Assembly (NCBI GenBank): GCA_963674825.1
Contig: OY771587.1
Coordinates: 2,944,001 to 3,008,000 of the forward strand
Direction: 5' to 3'
DNA: 64,000 bases
From: Candidatus Cloacimonadales bacterium
GTDB taxonomy: Bacteria; Cloacimonadota; Cloacimonadia; Cloacimonadales; JAIOQZ01
Both the position numbers and the translations under genes were made by a program. Each line of letters begins with the position of its first letter. Position 1 is the first letter of the stretch. Positions 55,748 to 64,000 of this stretch are shown piece by piece. The notes under the pieces were generated by a model. The model was not told the DNA's origin. It worked only from the letters and a program-made list of their open reading frames with translations, and did not search any database.

Positions 55748-57802
55748 ATGAAAAACTATGATATGAAAAACATTCGCAACATCCTGTTCGTGGGTGGCAG
55801 TGGTTCTGGTAAAACCACGCTGATCGAGCACATGCTCTACAACGCGAAATCAACCAGCAGAATCGGAAAAATTGATGACGGAAACACAATGATGGACTTC
55901 GATGCGGAGGAAATCGAGAAGAAGATGTCAATCACTCTTTCGATGGGACACCTGGATTGGAAGAACTACCGCGTCAACATGATTGATGCCCCCTCTTACC
56001 CTGATTTCTACGGCGAGCAGATTGCCGGATTCGCAGCAGTTGAAACCGCAATGCTGGTTGTTAACGGCGCTGGCTCATTCGATGTCAGTATTGAGCTTCC
56101 GCTTGAACTGATGGCAAAGAACGAAGGTATTGCTAAGGCGATTATCGTTAACCGTCTCGACAACGAACACGCCGACTATCAAAAAGCTATCGATATGATC
56201 CAGGAAAACTCCGAGATCATTCCTGCTCCGCTGATCATCCCAATCGGAAAAGAAAACACCTTCACCGGTGTTGTCGATATCATCAAAGGCAAGGCTTTCA
56301 TCGATGGTAAAGCAACCGATATCCCTGCCGACATGGCAGACGTTGTAGAAGAAGCACGCATGAAGCTTATGGAAGCCGTTGCTGAAGCTGACGATGCACT
56401 TCTTGAAAAATACTTTGAAGAAGGCGAGCTGACTGATGAAGAACTCGTCACCGGCGTAAAGAAAGGTATCAAGAAAGGTTTGGTTATTCCGGTCTTTGCA
56501 TGCTCCGCAGTAAAGAACGTCGGTGTTGACATCCTTCTCGATGCTATTATCGATTACCTTCCGTCTCCGGCAGATCATCCTGAAGTACCGGCTGAGATCG
56601 ACGGCAAGGTCCAGACAATAAAGATCTCCGAAGATGGCGACCTCTACGCATACATCTTCAAATCATTTGCAGACCCGAACATTGGCGACATCGCGTACGT
56701 TCGCGTCTTCTCCGGTACGCTTCGTAGCGGTATGGACGTACTCGTCCCCGAGAAAGACGGTAAGGACAAGATCGGTGGTATCTCCTACGTTCAGGGTAAA
56801 AACCGTACCGACACAACCGAGCTTCGCGCCGGTGAAATCGGTGGTCTGGTCAAGCTTAAACTCGCTCGCGGTATGAACTCTCTCGTTCCTACCAATGCGA
56901 AGTATCGCTACCCCACGCCGAAGCTTCCTTCCCCGATTTACTGGCAAACGATCCGCGCAGCCAACCAGAGCGACGAAGACAAGATCGGCGCAGCGCTTAC
57001 CCGTCTTCTCGACGAAGATCCTACCGTGGTTCTCACCCTCAACACCGAGACTCACGAGCAGATCATCTCCGGTGCTGGCGAACAGCAGATCGGCCTTGTT
57101 GTGAAAAACCTCATGAAGCGCTTCAAAGTTGAAGCGGTTCTCGATACACCTCGCATTCCTTACCGCGAGACCATCACCGGCAACGCTGACGAACGCTATC
57201 GTCACAAAAAACAATCCGGTGGACGTGGACAGTACGGTGAAGTCTATTTCCGTCTGAAACCATCCGAGCGCGGCAAGAATTTTGAGTTCATCGATTCGAT
57301 CGTTGGCGGCCGTATCCCCAGCAAGTTCGTCCCGGCTATTGAGAAGGGCGTTGTCGAAACGATGGATAGAGGCGTTATCGCCGGCTACAAGGTCGTTGAC
57401 ATCAGCGTGGAAGTCTATGACGGTTCCTACCACGATGTTGACTCTTCGGAAATGGCGTTCAAGATCGCGTCCTCGCAGTGTCTTAAGGCCTGTTTCGCGA
57501 AGGCGAACCCAATTCTGCTCGAACCGATTCATAACGTGAAGATCGTGATCCCGACCGAATACATGGGTGACGTCATGGGCGATATCTCGACCCGTCGCGG
57601 TAAGATCCTCGGTATGGAGCAATCCGGTAAGAAGCAGATTCTCAACGCGCAGCTTCCGCTTGCAGAGCTGTTCAGCTACTACCCGGCACTCAAGTCGCTG
57701 ACCCAGGGCCGTGGTCGTTTCGAACAGGAATTCTCGCACTACGAACGCGTACCGTACGAAGTTGCTGAGAAGGTCATCGCTGAATACAAAGAACAGGAAT
57801 AA
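55748..57802 (+). CDS. fusA: Elongation factor G paralogue (EF-G2-like)
   Basis: GSGKTTL, PYRETI, KKQSGGRGQYG, DGSYHDVDSSEMAFKIA, ILLEP, LTQGRG; outside an rpsL-rpsG-tuf context. Confidence 0.9.
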   Translation: MKNYDMKNIRNILFVGGSGSGKTTLIEHMLYNAKSTSRIGKIDDGNTMMDFDAEEIEKKMSITLSMGHLDWKNYRVNMIDAPSYPDFYGEQIAGFAAVETAMLVVNGAGSFDVSIELPLELMAKNEGIAKAIIVNRLDNEHADYQKAIDMIQENSEIIPAPLIIPIGKENTFTGVVDIIKGKAFIDGKATDIPADMADVVEEARMKLMEAVAEADDALLEKYFEEGELTDEELVTGVKKGIKKGLVIPVFACSAVKNVGVDILLDAIIDYLPSPADHPEVPAEIDGKVQTIKISEDGDLYAYIFKSFADPNIGDIAYVRVFSGTLRSGMDVLVPEKDGKDKIGGISYVQGKNRTDTTELRAGEIGGLVKLKLARGMNSLVPTNAKYRYPTPKLPSPIYWQTIRAANQSDEDKIGAALTRLLDEDPTVVLTLNTETHEQIISGAGEQQIGLVVKNLMKRFKVEAVLDTPRIPYRETITGNADERYRHKKQSGGRGQYGEVYFRLKPSERGKNFEFIDSIVGGRIPSKFVPAIEKGVVETMDRGVIAGYKVVDISVEVYDGSYHDVDSSEMAFKIASSQCLKACFAKANPILLEPIHNVKIVIPTEYMGDVMGDISTRRGKILGMEQSGKKQILNAQLPLAELFSYYPALKSLTQGRGRFEQEFSHYERVPYEVAEKVIAEYKEQE

Positions 57803-57826
57803 CTGTAAAGCTTACACGGAGGCACC

Positions 57827-58576
57827 ATGTCTGGACACAATAAATGGAGCTCAATCAAGCATAAAAAGGGAGCGGCCGACGCAAAGCGCGGTAAGCTGTT
57901 CACCCGTCTGGCGAAAGAAATCATCGTTGCTGCCCGTAATGGTGGCGGTGATATCGAAACCAATCCGCGTCTGCGCACAGCAGTAGCGAACGCCCGTAAC
58001 GCGAACATGCCGAAAGATAACATCGAAAAGGCTATCAAGCGCGGAACCGGCGAGATCGAAGGCGTAAGCTACGACGAATACATGTACGAAGGATACGGCC
58101 CGAATGGCGTCGCAATCATCGTAGAAACCATGACCGACAACAAGAACCGCACCGTCGCGGAAGTTCGCCACATCTTTACCAAGTACGGCGGAAACCTCGC
58201 GGAAAGTGGCGCAGTATCCTGGAATTTCGAACAAAAAGGTTCGATCATGATTCCGAAAGAAGGACTCGACGAAGACGAATTCATGATGACTGCTCTTGAT
58301 GCCGGCGCGGAAGACGTTCTGCTCGATGACGAAGATTTCTTCGAAGTACTCACGTCAGTGAACGATTTCAACACCGTCCTGACTACACTCGAAGGCGATT
58401 TCACCGTCGAGAAGGCAGAGCTTACCCGCATCCCGAAGAACACGATCGACGCGGACGATTTCGCGGAACGTGTATTCAAGATTATCGAAAAGCTGGAAGA
58501 CCTCGACGACGTTCAGAAGGTCTATGGCAATTACGAAGTATCAGATGAAGTAATGGAGAGGATCGCACAACAGTGA
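57827..58576 (+). CDS. yebC: YebC/PmpR family protein
   Basis: MSGHNKWSSIKHKK, NPRLR, YEGYGP, TDNKNRT, LEDLDDVQ. Confidence 0.96.
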   Translation: MSGHNKWSSIKHKKGAADAKRGKLFTRLAKEIIVAARNGGGDIETNPRLRTAVANARNANMPKDNIEKAIKRGTGEIEGVSYDEYMYEGYGPNGVAIIVETMTDNKNRTVAEVRHIFTKYGGNLAESGAVSWNFEQKGSIMIPKEGLDEDEFMMTALDAGAEDVLLDDEDFFEVLTSVNDFNTVLTTLEGDFTVEKAELTRIPKNTIDADDFAERVFKIIEKLEDLDDVQKVYGNYEVSDEVMERIAQQ

Positions 58577-59061
58577 TCGTCTTAGGTATTGATCCCGGCA
58601 GCCGTATCTTCGGATACGGCTTGCTGGAGATCGAAGGCAGAAAAATACTGGCTGCCGGAAGCGGATCCGTCCGCGTTGACACCACTCTTTCCCTGCCAGA
58701 ACGACTTCTCTTCATCCACAAATCTCTCAAGGAAATCCTCACCGAATACAATCCTGATCACGCTGCTGTTGAAACCATTTTTCACGGCAAGAATCCCAAG
58801 AGCGCTTTCACACTCGGACACGCTCGCGGTACGATTCTTATGACCCTTGCACAGCACGATGTATCGGTATTCGAATATTCACCGCGCGAAGTGAAGCGCT
58901 CGGTGGTGGGAAACGGCAATGCGACCAAGCAGCAGGTGCGCTTCATGATCACCCAGATTCTGCCGCAAATGACACCGCCATCCACCGAAGACGCCGCCGA
59001 TGGACTGGCCATCGCGCTCTGTCATTACAATCGACTGAAATCTGGTCTATTACAACGCTAA
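58573..59061 (+). CDS. ruvC: Holliday junction resolvase RuvC
   Basis: VLGIDPG, AVE.IF, LGHARG, G.GNATKQQV, DAADGLAIA. Confidence 0.95.
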   Translation: MIVLGIDPGSRIFGYGLLEIEGRKILAAGSGSVRVDTTLSLPERLLFIHKSLKEILTEYNPDHAAVETIFHGKNPKSAFTLGHARGTILMTLAQHDVSVFEYSPREVKRSVVGNGNATKQQVRFMITQILPQMTPPSTEDAADGLAIALCHYNRLKSGLLQR

Positions 59062-59081
59062 TGCACTTGACGAGGTAGGCT

Positions 59082-59675
59082 ATGTTTGCATATCTGAACG
59101 GCTTGCTGTCTGTAAAGGAATTCTCCCATGTCATAATCGAATGTGCTGGTGTCGGTTATGAAGTCAATATACCACTCAGCACGTATGGGAAGCTTCCTCA
59201 CACCGGCGAGAAAGCGCTGTTGCTGATCCATTTTGCCATGTCCGAAGACGGTATCCGTCTCTACGGATTCGCCACTGAAGCAGAGCGGGACATGTTTCGT
59301 CTCCTGATGAGCGTCTCGAAAGTGGGCCCCAAGATTGCCCTTGCAGCGCTCTCGGGACTTTCTGTGAGTAACTGGGTCGATGCGATTGAATCGGGCGATG
59401 CACGTTTGATCGCGACCGTACCTGGCTTGGGTAAAAAGACAGCCGAAAGGGTTATCGTCGATCTCAAGGATAAAATCCTTCAGATCAAGCTGCCAGACCA
59501 CGAGAAGGGCGTACAGCGAGACGAGATTACCCAGGAAGCGGAGTCTGCCCTTATGGCGCTGGGTTATAAAAAACCGGAGATCGACAAGGCCCTCAAGAAG
59601 GTCTATGTGCCGTCGAAGTACAGCGATGTCGAGATTCTTATAAAAGATGTCATACGTTTTCTTTACAAGAAGTAG
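59082..59675 (+). CDS. ruvA: Holliday junction branch migration protein RuvA
   Basis: GVGYEV, LYGF, VSKVGPK, VPGLGKKTAER, AL.ALGY. Confidence 0.95.
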   Translation: MFAYLNGLLSVKEFSHVIIECAGVGYEVNIPLSTYGKLPHTGEKALLLIHFAMSEDGIRLYGFATEAERDMFRLLMSVSKVGPKIALAALSGLSVSNWVDAIESGDARLIATVPGLGKKTAERVIVDLKDKILQIKLPDHEKGVQRDEITQEAESALMALGYKKPEIDKALKKVYVPSKYSDVEILIKDVIRFLYKK

Positions 59676-59707
59676 GTAGCGGTGTATATTATCTATGGGA
59701 ACAGTAT

Positions 59708-61030
59708 ATGGTAAACGAACGAGCTGAAGCTTATAAGGTCTTGACGAAAGTCCTGCAGGATAATGCCTTCTCGGATAACCTTCTGCGAAACGTCGGCAAG
59801 AAGATCAAGCGGGACAACGGAAACCACGACCTTTTCTACACCATTGTCAAGGGAACCGTCAAACTGCGAGAACACCTGCACCACATTGCAACTTTTTACA
59901 CAGATAAAGAAAGATTCGAAAATACCCCACTTAAGGTGCGCATCATCATATACATGGGACTGTACCAGCTACGTTACTGCGAGTATATTCCTGATCATGC
60001 CGCCATTAACGAGACTGTCGATCTCGCCAAATCCAAGTTCGACAAGAAGGTTGCCGACTTTATCAACGCCGTGCTACGCGCATATCAGCGTGAGCCGGAG
60101 AAGGTCACCTATCCGGAAGATCCGATCCAGCGCATGGCTGTTGAATACTCATATCCGGAAGAACTGATCAGGACTTGGGTCGATACCTGGGGCGAAGATG
60201 AAACCGAGATGCTCTGCATGTACTTCAACGATGTCCCGCGGCTGAACCTGCGGGTCAACCAGTTGGAGACAAGCACCGAGAAGCTGGTATCGTATTTTGC
60301 ACGAAAGGATATTGTCCTCAAGCCGTGCCAGGCATCCAATATGATGATGACAACCGACCAGCCTACAGAAGTGCTGAACGACGTGGCGTTCGATGAAGGT
60401 TATTTCTCCATACAGGATACAGCCGCCGCGATGGTTGTCGAGCTGCTCGACCCTGTTCCGGAAGAATCGGTTCTGGATCTTTTTGCCGGACCCGGGGGAA
60501 AAACCTCTTACATTGGCGAGAAAATGCAGAATCAGGGCGAGATTATCGCGATCGACCGGATTCCGAACAAGGTCAAGAAGATCAAACAAGCGCTGGAACG
60601 CTTGCAGATAAACAACGTCCGTACCATCGTGGAAGATTCATTCCGTTACGGGCCGGTTGCGCCTGCCTACGACAGAGTGCTTCTGGATGTTCCGTGTACC
60701 GGGTGGGGAGTTTTACAGAAGAAATCCGAGCTGCGCTGGCAACGCGCACAGGATATCAACGAGCTTCTAAAGATCCAGGAAAATGCCCTTTCCTACGGAT
60801 CGAAATTCGTTCGACCGGATGGATACCTCGTTTATAGCACTTGTACGATGAATATACAGGAGAACGAAGATCAGATTCGTCAATTCCTGAAGCAACACCC
60901 TGAGTTTGTCCTTGTCGATGCGACATCGAAGATTCCTGCGGAGTACACCAGCGAAGGTTTCCTGAAAACCATTCCGCATCGGCACATGATGGACGGCGCT
61001 TTTGCCGCGCTCATGCAACGAAAAGCTTGA
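59708..61030 (+). CDS. rsmB: 16S rRNA m5C967 methyltransferase
   Basis: NusB-like N-terminus (INETVDLAK, NAVLR); QD, DLFAGPGGK, LDVPCTG, YSTCT, ENE. Confidence 0.93.
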   Translation: MVNERAEAYKVLTKVLQDNAFSDNLLRNVGKKIKRDNGNHDLFYTIVKGTVKLREHLHHIATFYTDKERFENTPLKVRIIIYMGLYQLRYCEYIPDHAAINETVDLAKSKFDKKVADFINAVLRAYQREPEKVTYPEDPIQRMAVEYSYPEELIRTWVDTWGEDETEMLCMYFNDVPRLNLRVNQLETSTEKLVSYFARKDIVLKPCQASNMMMTTDQPTEVLNDVAFDEGYFSIQDTAAAMVVELLDPVPEESVLDLFAGPGGKTSYIGEKMQNQGEIIAIDRIPNKVKKIKQALERLQINNVRTIVEDSFRYGPVAPAYDRVLLDVPCTGWGVLQKKSELRWQRAQDINELLKIQENALSYGSKFVRPDGYLVYSTCTMNIQENEDQIRQFLKQHPEFVLVDATSKIPAEYTSEGFLKTIPHRHMMDGAFAALMQRKA

Positions 61031-61063
61031 CATCGGGATCAGGTTAACAGGAATTAGAGCGAT

Positions 61064-61660
61064 ATGAAGAACAAAATCATCCGAATCTTGCTAGTTGTCG
61101 GCGGTGCGCTTGGCCTGCTGTTGTGCGTGTTCATCATTGGGTTCTTTGGAACCAATTTGGCGATGAACGTGATCACAAGGCACGGCAAAGAAGTGAAAGT
61201 GCCGGTTGTGACCGGGCTTCAGTTCGATGTCGCTCGTAAACGCTGTAGAGAACTCAACCTCTACATCCAGGAAATCGATCGTCAATACAACGACGAATTC
61301 AAGAAAAACACTATCATCACCCAGAAGCCGGAAGGGAACGCCAGTTCCAAGATCGGCAGGGTTATCGAGGTGGTGGTCAGTGAAGGACCGGAGCTGGTTT
61401 CCGTGCCGTCGCTGGTCAATATGACTCGCAAAGAAGCTCGCTTGACGCTCAACAACATGGGCCTGGCGATCAATAAAAAAATCCAGACACGCTATTCCGA
61501 GGATGTCGATAACGGTCACATCATTTTTACGCTACCGTCATCCGAATCGATGGTACCAAAAGGTACCGAAGTTACGCTCTTCATAAGCCTCGGTAAGCTT
61601 CCGGACAGCTCGCCGCGCAAACGCATCCACGAAGAACTGCTGGATAACGTCGGAGATTAA
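61064..61660 (+). CDS. PASTA domain membrane protein
   Basis: N-terminal TM; two PASTA repeats (VP.V.G..IITQ.P..VVSEG; VPSL..ISLG). Confidence 0.88.
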   Translation: MKNKIIRILLVVGGALGLLLCVFIIGFFGTNLAMNVITRHGKEVKVPVVTGLQFDVARKRCRELNLYIQEIDRQYNDEFKKNTIITQKPEGNASSKIGRVIEVVVSEGPELVSVPSLVNMTRKEARLTLNNMGLAINKKIQTRYSEDVDNGHIIFTLPSSESMVPKGTEVTLFISLGKLPDSSPRKRIHEELLDNVGD

Positions 61661-61683
61661 TAGCAACCATTTCTCACAAATTG

Positions 61684-61710
61684 AAAGGCTGACACACGTC
61701 AGCCTTTTTT
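61684..61710 (+). terminator. Rho-independent terminator
   Basis: aaaggctgac-acac-gtcagccttt-ttt. Confidence 0.85.
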
Positions 61711-61853
61711 CGTAGCCCGTGTCATGCGGAGTGCAACATAGGAGCGTATCGAAGCACTACGCACAGAACATGAAATCAACATTCGGAAGAGCCTCAATCT
61801 TTTCGTCACATTCAGAAGATGATTTCATGAAGCGGCAGGCTTCAAACCAATAC

Positions 61854-61877
61854 AAAAAGGCTGGCAGTTGCCAGCCT
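61854..61877 (-). terminator. Rho-independent terminator of the S41 gene
   Basis: aaaaaggctggca-gt-tgccagcct. Confidence 0.75.
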
Positions 61878-61903
61878 GTTCAGGTATGCATTTGTACAGA
61901 GGA

Positions 61904-63238
61904 TTATTCGGTTCTGGCAGAAGGATCGGTGCGGCCATTATCGTATAAACCGATCATCGCTGTAATGTCACCGTCTTCGTTCCGCTCGAACCGGATACGA
62001 AAATAATCAAGTCCTTCGAGGAAGAAATGGTCGTCTTTATAGGGGATCATCTTGAATTCCGGGCCTGTTCGCTGGTAGTATAGATTCCCATCTCGGTAGG
62101 ATATCTTGCGAGGTCCGTAGGTTCCGGTGTATGCCTTCATCTGACGCTTGGAAAGCTCCATCTTCAAGTCTTTGTACTGCAATCCGTCCAACACCCATTC
62201 GTACACGAATTGCGCTTCGGGATCATCTGTCTGGTCGCGTAGCTTTTCGAGCGCTTTCTCATATGCCACGTCCATTGCTTCGTCCGAGGTTGTTTCGATA
62301 TCAGGCGCGATTCCCGTTCCTTCCCAGTTGGTGTTGGTGATCGGGTTGAGGGCGCGGCCACTGGGGATCTTGGCGATAAACCAGTCGTCCACCGCGAGGA
62401 ACGACACAGGATGCGCACCTCCGCCAGTGTTTTCTCCAACGATTGTGGCCCGTTCGAGGTTCTTCAGATTGTAGGTAAATTCCTCGGCGGCCGAAAAGGT
62501 GTAATCGCTGGTCAGAAGGTAAACGGGGGCGTCTTTATCGAGTCGTTTGCCAGGAACATAGGGGAGAGTCCAGGTCTGGTCGGCGGTATCGGACGCGCGA
62601 TGCAGGAATGTGTTAAGGTGCACAGGATCGGCATGCTCGTCGAAAAGGAAGCTTGATAAAAGCTGGATCATATAGGCCGAGCCACCACCGTTGTGGCGCA
62701 GATCGATGATGAGAGCATCACAGTTGGTCACGAAATTCATCGCGGAAACTGCAACCGGGTACGCCTCTGGCAAGCCGGAAAATCCATCGAAACGGAGGTA
62801 GCCGACGTTTCCACTCATCACCTTGACTTCCTTAAAACCGAAGTTCTCGCGCTGCTCTGTCTTCAGCTCTTGCTCGTATGCCTCGCGTTGTGCTTCAGGC
62901 GATTGGCTCTTCTGCATCTTCATTAACCTGATACGCTCAGGCGCGTAGAAAACAGAAAGGTGCTTGTCCGGACATGCTTCACGTACATCCTGCTCGAGCC
63001 TGCCGGCAAACTCGACCGGGTCGTCGAATTCAGCGTATGTACCGGATTCGAGATTGGAGCGAAGCGCTCCAGCGATTACATGACCCTTGTCTGGGAAAAT
63101 GTAAACGCGATCGAATGCTGATGCGAGCGTGTCGATCAACGACGCCTTGTAATCATTCGTCATCGATGGCGCTTGTATCTCTTGTGCGCACAGTGCGATC
63201 GCGGCCGCAATAAGAATGATGATCATGGAAAATTTCAT
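61904..63238 (-). CDS. S41 family peptidase (IRBP-like)
   Basis: Signal peptide; D.HL, NVGYLR, IIDLRHNGGG, TFSAAEEF, GE.TGGGAHP, NWEGTGI.PD. Confidence 0.92.
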   Translation of the reverse strand: MKFSMIIILIAAAIALCAQEIQAPSMTNDYKASLIDTLASAFDRVYIFPDKGHVIAGALRSNLESGTYAEFDDPVEFAGRLEQDVREACPDKHLSVFYAPERIRLMKMQKSQSPEAQREAYEQELKTEQRENFGFKEVKVMSGNVGYLRFDGFSGLPEAYPVAVSAMNFVTNCDALIIDLRHNGGGSAYMIQLLSSFLFDEHADPVHLNTFLHRASDTADQTWTLPYVPGKRLDKDAPVYLLTSDYTFSAAEEFTYNLKNLERATIVGENTGGGAHPVSFLAVDDWFIAKIPSGRALNPITNTNWEGTGIAPDIETTSDEAMDVAYEKALEKLRDQTDDPEAQFVYEWVLDGLQYKDLKMELSKRQMKAYTGTYGPRKISYRDGNLYYQRTGPEFKMIPYKDDHFFLEGLDYFRIRFERNEDGDITAMIGLYDNGRTDPSARTE

Positions 63239-63476
63239 CGAGCCTCCTTCGTTAAAATAATATCTAACGTTAGTTTTGTATTTAATGGATGCGTGTCAAC
63301 TTTTTTCTTCTTCAGGGTTCCTATATGTGTGAGATTCCTCGAGTTTGTTGTTATGAGTGGATGGGCAATTTGCTTGACCTGCATTTACTTCTTGACAAGA
63401 ACAGCGTTCGTGAAACTTTCTTGAGGGAGTTAAATAGTTCGTTTATAAAACGATTCTGTTTGGTGCAGAGGTATAT

Positions 63477-64000
63477 ATGGATACGATCGGAAAGTATTTG
63501 AAAGAGGCGCGGGAAGCGAAGAATCTCTCGATAGAGGATGTCTCGGAAATGACTCGCATCAAGGTCGCATTTCTCGAGTGCATCGAGAAGGACGACTTCT
63601 CTCCGATCGGTGGTTTTGGCTATGCCAAGGTCATGCTGGCTACATACGCGAAAACAATCGACGCGAATGTGCAGAAAGTGATGTCTCTGTTCGAGCATTA
63701 TTACGATTCGGACGATTTTGAAATGAAACCTCTGCATCGTAAACCACGTCAGCAGAAAAAGCTGCTACTCCCCGGCAATATCTTCTCCATCCTTGCGCTT
63801 GTAATTCTTGTGACAGTACTGACAATCGTTGTTGTCCGGCTTTACAACAAAGGCATGCTGGATTTTTCCATGGATCATCAGATTGAGGAAGTTACTTCCG
63901 ACGATTCAGAAAAGCCATCAGAACCCGAAGCCAAGCCCGAACCTGAACCTGAAGTTGTTCAGGAGAAGGTACAAGAAGCATCTGAGACTATTGCTGATGT
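63477..64000 (+). CDS. rodZ: RodZ-like HTH membrane protein, 3'-truncated by the window edge (absent from the ORF track)
   Basis: Hand translation MDTIGKYLKEAREAKNLSIEDVSEMTRIKVAFLECIEKDDF..GYAK..YAK, then a TM and a Pro/Glu linker. Confidence 0.8.
   Translation, partial: MDTIGKYLKEAREAKNLSIEDVSEMTRIKVAFLECIEKDDFSPIGGFGYAKVMLATYAKTIDANVQKVMSLFEHYYDSDDFEMKPLHRKPRQQKKLLLPGNIFSILALVILVTVLTIVVVRLYNKGMLDFSMDHQIEEVTSDDSEKPSEPEAKPEPEPEVVQEKVQEASETIAD

Noticed and set aside
56663..57739. 358-aa antisense ORF
   Set aside because: Codon-bias shadow of the EF-G paralogue
59082..59708. Missing ruvB after ruvA
   Set aside because: ruvB is often encoded elsewhere; this cannot be judged from one window
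63918..63954. gaacc(c/t) short tandem repeats
   Set aside because: They encode an ordinary Pro/Glu linker in the RodZ-like protein

Overview
Bacterial chromosomal window, mostly housekeeping and envelope genes. The host is probably an FCB-group anaerobe such as Ca. Cloacimonadota; this is inferred from a PorU/gingipain-like C25 protein, five cargo proteins ending in a 'PNPFNP...(Y/F)(N/D)(V/I)(K/R)G' sorting-type C-terminal domain, Hcp and ferredoxins. Core genes: rfaE2-like, folB, folK, fbaB, maf, lptF/G-like, gltX, holB, hcp, an EF-G paralogue, yebC, ruvC, ruvA, rsmB, PASTA, rodZ-like. Signalling genes: CHASE2 cyclase, Cache-HisKA without ATPase domain, TPR-sigma54 activator, two HDOD proteins, and a CheD-HDOD-CheY-CheX operon with no receptor or CheA. 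Accessory AT-rich genes (DUF2971-like, pentapeptide-repeat K+ channel) sit next to REP-like palindromes. Most notable: (1) tandem paralogues carrying two different C-terminal tags, one shared with an unrelated GLUG-repeat protein, suggesting a second sorting/anchoring signal; (2) a mosaic GNA-triloop hairpin element in two module-permuted copies; (3) a TetR operator pair on the hcp locus; (4) a DUF2971-like gene between exact 52-bp direct repeats. No rRNA, tRNA, CRISPR array, transposase or reverse transcriptase was recognised. All calls come from reading motifs by eye; no searches were run.
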